Source: Rhodosorus marinus CCMP1338 (Eukaryota > Plantae > Rhodophyta). Taken from it: DNA of 64,000 nt. The translations under genes and the position numbers were made by a program. The stretch is from NCBI GenBank assembly GCA_029953675.1, contig JAMWBK010000009.1, forward strand, positions 310,001-374,000. The letters are read 5' to 3'. The notes beneath the pieces were generated by a model. It searched no databases. It worked only from the letters and a program-made list of their open reading frames with translations, and was not told the DNA's origin. Positions 40,223 to 49,879 of this stretch are shown in pieces (position 1 is the first letter of the stretch; every line of letters starts with the position of its first letter).

Positions 40223-42986
40223 AAACCCAGTTCACTTGTTCTTCCAGTCCGGCTTTTGCCCTGATCGCGTTGCCCTTCCTTTTTTTCCCTCGTTCGAGCA
40301 AACAAATCGGTGATGTGAGGCCTGCCCGTGCTTGCGAATGCCGTAACCGGGAGAGCTCGCGGGATAATGTGTCGGCATCCATTCGCGGTTGAACAGAGCC
40401 TGCCCTCGTCCACTACGAAAACAGTTCATCGACGCCCGCCGGGAGCTGAAAGTACGAGTCGATCTCTTCGACATCGCTGATAGACTTCAGACTCCACTTC
40501 GGATTTCTGTCCTTATCAATTAGAGCGGCCCGGATGCCCTCATAAAAATCTCCGCCTCCACTCTGCGTCACCAAGTTGGCTACTAGAGCAAACTCCATCT
40601 CAAAGCACTCTCTCAGGGTGCTCTGGGATCCTCTCTTCTGTGCTTCAAGGGCCAACTTGAGCGACACTGGGTTTGCTTTTGTCATCGAATCGATGGCTTC
40701 CTCTGCGAACTCCAAAGCCTCACCACCATTGGCCTTCAGTTTCTCAAGTTCTTCCAGAATCTCTTCCACTGTATCTTTTCCAAAGCAGCTTTCTATGTTC
40801 TCTATATTTGGGTAGTTTCCGATGGGGGCGACCGCCTCCGTACACTCTTCCAAAGCTAGAGTCACGGTTTTAGGCTCGAACTCCCTCGTGTTGATTACCT
40901 CGGACAGTCTTCTCTCCAAACCATCCAGGAGAGAAGTAGGCACGTAGTGCGTCGCAACGCCAGCAGCCACAGCTGCAGCTCCGTTGAGTCTAGCGCCTGT
41001 CAAAGCAAGGTATCTGTACAGGCCACAGTCGAGAAAAAGACAAATCTCAGTACTGGTGGTTGAGTCCATTCTAGCGGCTCCCTAGGTTTGGTTTTCGAAT
41101 GTACTAACCTTCCAATTTGTTTTGGCAGCCTTGGAAGGAAATACGAAGCTCCGATGTCCGGTATAAGTCCAATGTTGCACTCGGGCATGGCAAAAACAGT
41201 GGACTCTGACGCGACTCGATAGGATCCATGCACGCTTATGCCCGCTCCGCCGCCCATACAGATCCCTTCAATGAATGAAATCTGTTTCGTGGTCTTGAGA
41301 CTGCCTAGGAGGTAGTCCAAGTGGAATTCGTGCCTGAAAACGTCAAGAGCTTCTTCAAACAGGCCATCTTTACAAGCCAGCGCAACTTTCCGCGCGTCAC
41401 CGCCGGCGCAGAAAGCCTTTGGCGTTGTCGATCGCATAATAACTTTCGGAGAAGAAGAAGGATAAGACAACCTTCGGGTGTCGGTGCTCCTCGTGATCAA
41501 AGAACCGTCAGAGTTTCCTTACCCGCAGAGACCAAATCAGATTCATCGAAGCGGGAGACCCTTTCAAACACTCTCTTGCACATTGATGTGCTCAGAGCGT
41601 TAAGAGCTTTGGGCCTGTTCAAAAGAAGCGTCCTGGCATTGCTCCTGTTAGGCGTTGCCACCCGCTCAAGAACCTCGGCCGTCCCATCGACATCGAAAGC
41701 CGTTGACCCGTCCTCCAAAACCTCTTCAACCGGGAAAACCGTCGAACTCGACATCCAGCGCCTCGGTGAAAGCCTCCTCCTGCAGTGTCCAACAACGACA
41801 GGATGAATGCTCATCCCACAAGTATTAAATACAAAACCAAGCTCTCTCAATCTCGCCACAGCGCTTTTACTTGATCATAGGTCCTTCAAAAGCCATACAA
41901 AAAGAAGCCCTAACAAGTCAAAGTCGATCCAGTATTCAATCCCTTTGCTAGCATCCTCATCCGTTCATTGATCCTTCCATACATCCTCACTCTACATCAT
42001 ATCATCTTCTTCGTCAGCCTCCATATCGTCGGCAATGAGACACGAGGGTGTGGCCAAAAAAACCAGATCGGATCGATGCAAGAGAGATTATGATCAAGTA
42101 TCGGCTCAACGTATCCTCTCTAGAACATGATAGCATAGGTTAAACATACCGCCCTAGTTTGGAAGCAGGTGTGTTAAAGCCAGATCCGATCGATTCACTG
42201 GTTCGGATCTGGATGGACGAGTCAGATATGCTTCGCCGGGATCTGCTGAACAATCTTCTCTGATCGGCTGAGCGGATTGGATTGGGCTGGAAACAACCCT
42301 CTTGAGACCTTGGACGATCAGTGAACCTGAAGCGGTGTTCGTTTAGTCCAAGAAGCAATATGTTCACCACCGCGAATCTAAGAGAGAGATCCCGTCTTTT
42401 GGAATCAGCTCCAACGTATCCTCTCCTGTTCGATGAGTTTATTACCTGAGCAGATTGCGTTAGGCTGGAAAGCTTTACTAAGCGACCCGACTGCCAGAAC
42501 AGATCCAAGCTCCTGTTCAGGTTCTGAGGAATCAACTGAGCAAATCCTCTTGAAGTACCTGAACACAGGCGATGCTACACTCTACGCCTCGTGACCTGGC
42601 ATGGACCGTACCAGTTTGTTCCATTCATCATCGAGTGCTTTGGCTTAGTTGGTAACACAGCTCTCCTTGGCTTCGTGCTGTCTCTTTCGGGAGCGACCCA
42701 GGGAGTCTTGGTAGCCTCCCCACGGAGATGTCTTTGAGTCTCTGGAGTTCAAACGCGGCTTTATTGCTGGACGCGCGTCCTCAAGTGTCTTATTTCTAGC
42801 TTCTCGCGGTGGCTAGGCTATGGGATGCTGTTCGAGGCGAATGACTCGCTCAGTCACTGTGAGCGATGTGCTGAGCGACACTAATTCATCGGTCGCTGGT
42901 TCAATGCGACGACTAAAGGAGTCTCAGTACGTTATGGCGACGACTCCTCCAACCCTTACGGGACTCTGCGTCGTGTCTCTGGTTTG
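39500..42986. repeat. Segmental duplication copy 1 (EPSPS 3' half, HIBCH, orphan segment)
   Basis: Collinear and about 99% identical by eye to 44041-47529. Confidence 0.95.
40413..41814 (-). CDS. HIBCH: 3-hydroxyisobutyryl-CoA hydrolase, copy 1 (mitochondrial crotonase fold)
   Basis: LNRPKALNALS, KAFCAGGD, GICMGGGAGISVHG, FAMPECNIGLIPDIGASYFLPRL, YLALTGARL, DFYEGIRAALIDKDRNPKW. Confidence 0.93.
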
Positions 42987-44041
42987 GTACCAAGCGGAGG
43001 GAGGGGGGGAAAGAGAGCTACCCACCCACCTGGACTGATAAAAAAAACGTTGCAGATTGACCCAGTAGCCTGAGTCAACATCAATTCACACCTCTTCAAC
43101 CCAACAGCAGACACTAGTAGCGTTCAACAGAACGGTTGAGAAAGAAGGCGTTTCAGATACTGTACCGAGCGGAGGGAGGGGGGGAAAGAGAGCTACCCAT
43201 CCACCTGGACTGATAAAAAAAACGCGTTGCAGATTGACCCAGTAGCCTGAGTCAACATCAATTCATACCCTCTTCAACCCAACAGCAGACACTAGTAGCG
43301 CTCAACAGAACGGTTGAGAAAGAAGGCGTTTCAGATACTGTACCGAGCGGAGGGAGGGGGGGAAAGAGAGCTACCCACCCACCTGGACTGATAAAAAAAA
43401 GCGTTGCATATTGACCCAGTAGCCTGAGTCAACATCAATTCATACCCTCTTCAACCCAACAGCAGACACTAGTAGCGCTCAACAGAACGGTTGAGTAAGG
43501 CGTTTCAGATACTATACCGAGCGGAGGGAGGGGGGGGAAGAGAGCTACCCACCCACCTGGACTAATAAAAAAAGCGCTGCAGATTGACCCAGTAGCCTGA
43601 GTCAACATCAATTCACACCCTCTTCAACCCAACAGCAGACACTAGTAACGCTCAACAGAACGGTTGAGAAAGAAGGCGTTTCAGATACTGTACCGAGCGG
43701 AGGGAGGAGGGGAAAGAGAGCTACCCACCCAACTGGACTGATAAAAAAAGCGTTGCAGATTGACCCAGTAGCCTGAGTCAACATCGATTCACACCCTCTT
43801 CAACCCAACAGCAGACACTAGTAGCGTTCAACAGAACGGTTGAGAAAGAAGGCGTTTCAGATACTGTACCGAGCGGAGGGAGGGGGGGAAAGAGAGCCAC
43901 CCACCCACCTCGACTGATAAAAAAAGCGTTGCAGATTGACCCAGTAGCCTGAGTCAACATCCATTCACGCCCTCTTCAACCCAACAGCAGACACTAGTAC
44001 CGCTCAACAGAAAGGTTGAGGAAAAAGGCGTTTCAGATACT
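42987..44041. repeat. Tandem array 1: six units of a 174-178 bp repeat
   Basis: Units start at 42987, 43162, 43340, 43514, 43690, 43866 (gtaccgagcggagggaggggggg...ggcgtttcagatact); a few differences between units. Confidence 0.97.
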
Positions 44042-44765
44042 TCGTCAGCGTCCTACTTTCTCGGAGGTGGAGCAATTACTGGCGGTCCCGTGACGGTCGT
44101 TGGATGCGGTAAGACGTCTCTGCAGGGCGACGTTGAGTTTGCCAATGTTCTTGGATTGATGGGCGCCAAGGTGAGTTCTTGGAGAGCGCACTCCGCGAGC
44201 ACCGCAGCTAGCTTATGGTGTAAGCGGTGGTACATTTACAGGTCGAATGGTTTGACGAGAAGATCACTGTTAGCCGCCCGGAAGGTACAACACTCAAGGG
44301 CATCGATGTCGATTGCGGGGACATCCCGGACGCGGCAATGACACTTGCGGTAATCGCATTGTTGCAGAAGGCAAGACGGCAATCAGAAACGTGTACAACT
44401 GGAGAGTGAAGGAAACCGAAAGGATGAAGGCGATCGTAACCGAGCTGAGGAAACTTGGTGCTACAGTGGAAGAGGGCCACGACTATTGCGTGATTGAGCC
44501 TCCAGCGGTAAGCTGCTGCTTTGGTTGCGCCAAAGAAGCTGTCACTCTTTTTTCCGCACGCTGACCTGCTAGGTTGATTTCCTGTTTTACCTTCTAGAAA
44601 CTCAACGAAGCGAGCATTGACACGTACGATGATCATCGCATGGCCATGGCGTTCTCACTTGCAGCATGCGGTTCCGTACCCGTGGTGATCAACGACCCAA
44701 AATGTACTGCAAAAACTTTCCCAACTTACTTTGACGAGCTGCAAAAATTGATCCAGGGGAGTAAA
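44041..44765 (+). pseudogene. aroA: 5'-truncated EPSPS fragment
   Basis: Begins mid-exon at (D)ASSASYF with no start or transit peptide; 1-nt deletion near 44362 (ttgtttgc to ttgttgc) and +2 G near 44757 relative to copy 1. Confidence 0.85.
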
Positions 44766-44954
44766 AACCCAGTTCACTTGTTCTTCCAGTCCGGCTTTTG
44801 CCCTGATCGTGTTGCCCTTCCTTTTTTTCCCTCGTTCGAACAAACAAATCGGTGATGTGAGGCCTGCCCGTGCTTGCGAATGCCGTAACCGGGAGAGCTC
44901 GCGGGATAATGTGTTGGCATCCATTCGCGGTTGAACAGAGCCTGCCCTCGTCCA

Positions 44955-46356
44955 CTACGAAAACAGTTCATCGACGCCCGCCGGGAGCTGAAAGTACGAG
45001 TCGATCTCTTCGACATCGCTGATAGACTTCAGACTCCACTTCGGATTTCTGTCCTTATCAATTAGAGCGGCCCGGATGCCCTCATAAAAATCTCCGCCTC
45101 CACTCTGCGTCACCAAGTTGGCTACTAGAGCAAACTCCATCTCAAAGCACTCTCTCAGGGTGCTCTGGGATCCTCTCTTCTGTGCTTCAAGGGCCAACTT
45201 GAGCGACACTGGGTTTGCTTTTGTCATCGAATCGATGGCTTCCTCTGCGAACTCCAAAGCCTCACCACCATTGGCCTTCAGTTTCTCAAGTTCTTCCAGA
45301 ATCTCTTCCACTGTATCTTTTCCAAAGCAGCTTTCTATGTTCTCTATATTTGGGTAGTTTCCGATGGGGGCGACCGCCTCCGTACACTCTTCCAAAGCTA
45401 GAGTCACGGTTTTAGGCTCGAACTCCCTCGTGTTGATTACCTCGGACAGTCTTCTCTCCAAACCATCCAGGAGAGAAGTAGGCACGTAGTGCGTCGCAAC
45501 GCCAGCAGCCACAGCTGCAGCTCCGTTGAGTCTAGCGCCTGTCAAAGCAAGGTATCTGTACAGGCCACAGTCGAGAAAAAGACAAATCTCAGTACTGGTG
45601 GTTGAGTCCATTCTAGCGGCTCCCTAGGTTTGGTTTTCGAATGTGCTAACCTTCCAATTTGTTTTGGCAGCCTTGGAAGGAAATACGAAGCTCCGATGTC
45701 CGGTATAAGTCCAATGTTGCACTCGGGCATGGCAAAAACAGTGGACTCTGACGCGACTCGATAGGATCCATGCACGCTTATGCCCGCTCCGCCGCCCATA
45801 CAGATCCCTTCAATGAATGAAATCTGTTTCGTGGTCTTGAGACTGCCGAGGAGGTAGTCCATGTGGTATTCGTGCCTGAAAAAGTCAAGAGCTTCTTCAA
45901 ACAGGCCATTTCTACAAGCCAGCGCAACTTTCCGCACGTCACCGCCGGCGCAGAAAGCCTTTGGCGTTGTCGATCGCATAATAACTTTCGGAGAAGAAGA
46001 AGGATAAGACAACCTTCAGGTGTCGGTGCTCCTCGTGATCAAAGAACCGTCAGAGTTTCCTTACCCGCAGAGACCAAATCAGATTCATCGAAGCGGGAGA
46101 CCCTTTCAAACACTCTCTTGCACATTGATGTGCTCAGAGCGTTAAGAGCTTTGGGCCTGTTCAAAAGAAGCGTCCTGGCATTACTCCTGTTAGGCGTTGC
46201 CACCCGCTCAAGAACCTCGGCCGTCCCATCGACATCGAAAGCCGTTGACCCGTCCTCCAAAACCTCTTCAACCGGTAAAACCGTCGAACTCGACATCCAG
46301 CGCCTCGATGAAAGCCTCCTCCTGCAGTGTCCAACAACGACAGGATGAATGCTCAT
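44955..46356 (-). CDS. HIBCH: 3-hydroxyisobutyryl-CoA hydrolase, copy 2 (closer to family consensus)
   Basis: Same motifs and exon structure as copy 1; carries GGDVR and FFRHEYHM. Confidence 0.93.
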
Positions 46357-47813
46357 CCCACAAGTATTAAATACAAAACCAAGCTCTCTCAATCTCGCCA
46401 CAGCGCTTTTACTTGATCATAGGTCCTTCAAAAGCCATACAAAAAGAAGCCCTAACAAGTCAAAGTCGATCCAGTATTCAATCCCTTTGCTAGCATCCTC
46501 ATCCGTTCATTGATCCTTCCATACATCCTCACTCTACATCATATCATCTTCTTCGTCAGCCTCCATATCGTCGGCAATGAGACACGAGGGTGTGGCCAAA
46601 AAAAACCAGATCGGATCGATGCAAGAGAGATTATGATCAAGTATCGGCTCAACGTATCCTCTCTAGAACATGATAGCATAGGTTAAACATACCGCCCTAG
46701 TTTGGAAGCAGGTGTGTTAAAGCCAGATCCGATCGATTCACTGGTTCGGATCTGGATGGACGAGTCAGATATGCTTCGCCGGGATCTGCTGAACAAGCTT
46801 CTCTGATCGGCTGAGCGGATTGGATTGGGCTGGAAACAACCCTCTTGAGACCTTGGACGATCAGTGAACCTGAAGCGGTGTTCGTTTAGTCCAAGAAGCA
46901 ATATGTTCACCACCGCGAATCTAAGAGAGAGATCCCGTCTTTTGGAATCAGCTCCAACGTATCCTCTCCTGTTCGATGAGTTATTGCCTGAGCAGATTGC
47001 GTTAGGCCGGAAAGCTTTACTAAGCGACCCGACTGCCAGAACAGATCCAAGCTCCTGTTCAGGTTCTGAGGAATCAACTGAGCAAATCCTCTTGAAGTAC
47101 CTGAACACAGGCGATGCTACACTCTACGCCTCGTGACCTGGCATGGGGCGTACCAGTTTGTTCCATTCAGCATCGAGTGCTTTGGCTTAGTTGGTAACAC
47201 AGCTCTCTTTGGCTTCGTGCTGTCTCTTTTCGGGAGCGACCCAGGGAGTCTTGGTAGCCTCCCCACGGAGATGTCTTTGAGTCTCTGGAGTTCAAACGCG
47301 GCTTTATTGCTGGACGCGCGTCCTCAAGTGTCTTATTTCTAGCTTCTCGCGGTGGCTAGGCTATGGGATGCTGTTCGAGGCGAATGACTGGCTCAGTCAC
47401 TGTGAGCGATGTGCTGAGCGACACTAATTCATCGGTCGCTGGTTCAATGCGACGACTAAAGGAGTCTCAGTACGTTATGGCGACGACTCCTCCAACCCTT
47501 ACGGGACTCTGCGTCGTGTCTCTGGTTTGTGCCGCTGATCATAAAGTGCCTTTGGGTTGTTAGACAGTGTTGCTTCTCGCTGGCTTCATCGCGTTTTTCA
47601 CGATGCCCCCTAGCCGTCTTGACAGCCTCCTCACGGAGCTGTCTCTGACTCCCTGGTGTTCGAATCGAAATGTTGCTTTGTTGCTGGACACGCGTCATCA
47701 GTGTCTCCCTTTCCTCTCGTCAGAGTGGACGGGTTCTGATGCTGTTAATAGGAGTTTGGTCCTTGAGGATGATGAGGAGGAAGAGAATCGGAGAGGAGGA
47801 CTGAGGAGTGTGG

Positions 47814-47920
47814 GAGAGATTTGGTATTGAGTGGGGAGGAGGGAGAGAGATTTGGTGGGAGAGATTTGGTATTGAGTGGGGAGGAGGGAGAGAGATTTGG
47901 TATTGAGTTGGGAGGAGGGA
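47814..47920. repeat. 31-bp purine-rich minisatellite (3 full units plus 1 partial)
   Basis: gagagatttggtattgagtggggaggaggga at 47814, 47859 and 47890, partial at 47845. Confidence 0.9.
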
Positions 47921-47993
47921 AGGAGTACTTTGGGTTTTGAGAGGGTTGGTATTGTTGGATGAAGGTATTTGTTGTGAATTGGTAGTTGATAAG

Positions 47994-49715
47994 ATGGGGG
48001 TTGATGATGGTGAAGAGGAGGTGAAGGAGAGGGTAGGTGAAGGGAGTGGTGGGGAGGAGAGTGGTGGTGAGTCTGGTAGTGGAGAGGAGAAGGGGAAGGA
48101 AGAGGATGAGGAGGAGGAGGGGGAAGAGGAAGAAGAAGAAGACGAGGAAGAAGAGGATGACAACAAGGATGAGGAAGATGAGGATGATGGTGAAGAACAA
48201 GAAGAGGATGAAGAGGAGGATGACGAGGAGGAGGACGACGATGACGACGAAGGTGATGATGATGATAAGGAGGGAGACCAGGGTGGTGATGATGATGATA
48301 AGGAGGGAGACCAGGGTGGTGGTGATGATGATGATAAGGAGGGAGAGCAAGAGGGGGATGAGGAAGATGAAGGGGATGAGGAGGATGAGGAGGACGTGGA
48401 GGATGAGGAGGATGAGGAGGATGAGGAGGGTGAGGAGGATGAGGAGGGTGAGGAGGATGAGGAGGGTGAGGAGGATGAGGAGGATGAGGAAGAGGAGGAG
48501 GACGACGACGCGGACGAAGAGGATGATGATGAGGATGAGGAATCTAGGAAAGAGTCTGGAGCGGATGGGGAGGATGAGGGAGAAAACGATGAGGATGGGG
48601 AAGAGGAGGATGCCGAGGGAGAAGAAGGTGAGGAAGATGACGACAAGGACGAGGACCAAGGGGACAAGGATGATGACGAAGAAGATCAGGAGGAGAGGGA
48701 TGATGATGATGAGGAGCAGGGGGATAATGACGACGAGGAGGAGCAGGATAAGGACGCTGAAGATGAGGAGGCAGGGGACAAAGACGACGAGGATGAAGAG
48801 GATGAGCAGGTCGAGGATAGGGACGACGAGGAAGAGGAGCGAGAGATTAAGGACGACGAGGATGAAGGCGAGGAGGGGGAAGAAGTGGAGGATGATGATA
48901 TGGAGAAGCGACAGAGCGAAGTCGAGGACGGTGAGAACGAACAGGATGATGAACGGGATGACGATGAGATGCAAGAGGACAGTGAGCTCGATGCGTCACC
49001 TAAGAGGGGGGATGAGGTGGGAAAGAGCGCTGAGGATCGAACCGGAAAAGGGAAGAATAGGAATACTGGTGGAAATGGAGGGACGAAGCGAAAACTTGAA
49101 AGAGAAATCTCTCCTGAACACGGTCGAAAGTCCAAGAAGGTTGACAAGAAAATAGACGAGGATGCTAAAGCACAAGATGAAGATATAGACGAAGGGGATA
49201 CCGAGGAGCTCGCTGAGCTCGCTGAGAACGATGCGCAAGCGGAACTGGAACGGCACCGAACTTCAGAAGATAGGATGGACGCAGATGCAATAGCAGAAAA
49301 GCCATCTCAAGGGGACGACCCCTCAATGCTAGAAAGTCAAGCAAGCACGGAATCTATGCCTCCGTCCCCGCCACCTTCGCCACCACCTTCCCCGCTGAAA
49401 ATGAAACGGTTCGAATTCGATGGAAGCGACAACCTCACTGCGGAGGAACGGATTGAGGCGGTAACAAGTTGGCAAAGACAGCACGTATCGTCCTACTGTG
49501 CAACTTTGAAAGGTCACCATCTGCACCTGAAGAAACTCATGCGAAAGAAGACTCAACGCCTAAGAGAGAGAGATCGACTGGAAACCGAAGCCGTTCGAGT
49601 AGCTCGCGGCCAAGTCGACGGACGATGTAGCAAATACCGAATGCCACTGGCAGCTTTCATGCCTTCTCGCCCACCGAAAAGTCAAACACCAGCTAAATTA
49701 CCAAAAGTAGACTGA
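47994..49715 (+). CDS. Orphan, intronless, extremely Asp/Glu-rich protein (~573 aa) with basic NLS-like patches and a short non-repetitive C-terminal region
   Basis: Uninterrupted ORF from ATG 47994; about 320 aa D/E tract with internal EEDEEG and DDDDKEGDQGG repeats; GTKRKLERE..RKSKKVDKK; PPSPPPSPPPSP; C-terminal FEFDGSDNLTAEERIEAVTSWQRQH... Confidence 0.6.
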   Translation: MGVDDGEEEVKERVGEGSGGEESGGESGSGEEKGKEEDEEEEGEEEEEEDEEEEDDNKDEEDEDDGEEQEEDEEEDDEEEDDDDDEGDDDDKEGDQGGDDDDKEGDQGGGDDDDKEGEQEGDEEDEGDEEDEEDVEDEEDEEDEEGEEDEEGEEDEEGEEDEEDEEEEEDDDADEEDDDEDEESRKESGADGEDEGENDEDGEEEDAEGEEGEEDDDKDEDQGDKDDDEEDQEERDDDDEEQGDNDDEEEQDKDAEDEEAGDKDDEDEEDEQVEDRDDEEEEREIKDDEDEGEEGEEVEDDDMEKRQSEVEDGENEQDDERDDDEMQEDSELDASPKRGDEVGKSAEDRTGKGKNRNTGGNGGTKRKLEREISPEHGRKSKKVDKKIDEDAKAQDEDIDEGDTEELAELAENDAQAELERHRTSEDRMDADAIAEKPSQGDDPSMLESQASTESMPPSPPPSPPPSPLKMKRFEFDGSDNLTAEERIEAVTSWQRQHVSSYCATLKGHHLHLKKLMRKKTQRLRERDRLETEAVRVARGQVDGRCSKYRMPLAAFMPSRPPKSQTPAKLPKVD

Positions 49716-49879
49716 CAAACGCGCGAAAGCAAAAAGCATTCTGCGTCCAAGAAGTGACGATGTACCGTATCTATTAAACGTCAATACCTAACATTTCAAA
49801 GCTCGTTCCGGAGGAGGAGATACTCATGGCCGAGAAAGAACTGAAATAGTCTAGTGAAATCAACCTGGAGAGCCGTGAC

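Larger units (their letters stand above)
44041..47529. repeat. Segmental duplication copy 2
   Basis: Matches 39500-42986; continues at 47530 into unique sequence, so this copy keeps the original right flank. Confidence 0.95.

Noticed and set aside
43162-43339. Hammerhead or twister ribozyme in the repeat unit
   Set aside because: Only CTGATAA is present (needs CUGANGA) with no suitable stem II/GAAA arrangement; gtaccgagcggaggg resembles twister L4 and GAGGG but leaves no room for P4' and P2'. A non-canonical ribozyme is not excluded
42987-44041. CRISPR array interpretation of the tandem repeats
   Set aside because: Units are ~176 bp and near-identical along their whole length, with no unique spacers and no cas genes; the context is eukaryotic
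44355-44762. Frameshifts in the EPSPS fragment as evidence of pseudogene decay
   Set aside because: Both lie in homopolymer runs and could be long-read consensus errors; not used as dating evidence
44041-44765. EPSPS gene amplification (glyphosate-resistance-like dosage gain)
   Set aside because: The second copy lacks promoter, transit peptide and N-terminal half, so it cannot add enzyme
47720-48974. Long Ser-rich and Leu/Ile-rich minus-strand ORFs and the Met/Arg-rich alternative plus frame
   Set aside because: Shadow frames of the GAG/GAT low-complexity tract; only the D/E frame extends into non-repetitive sequence
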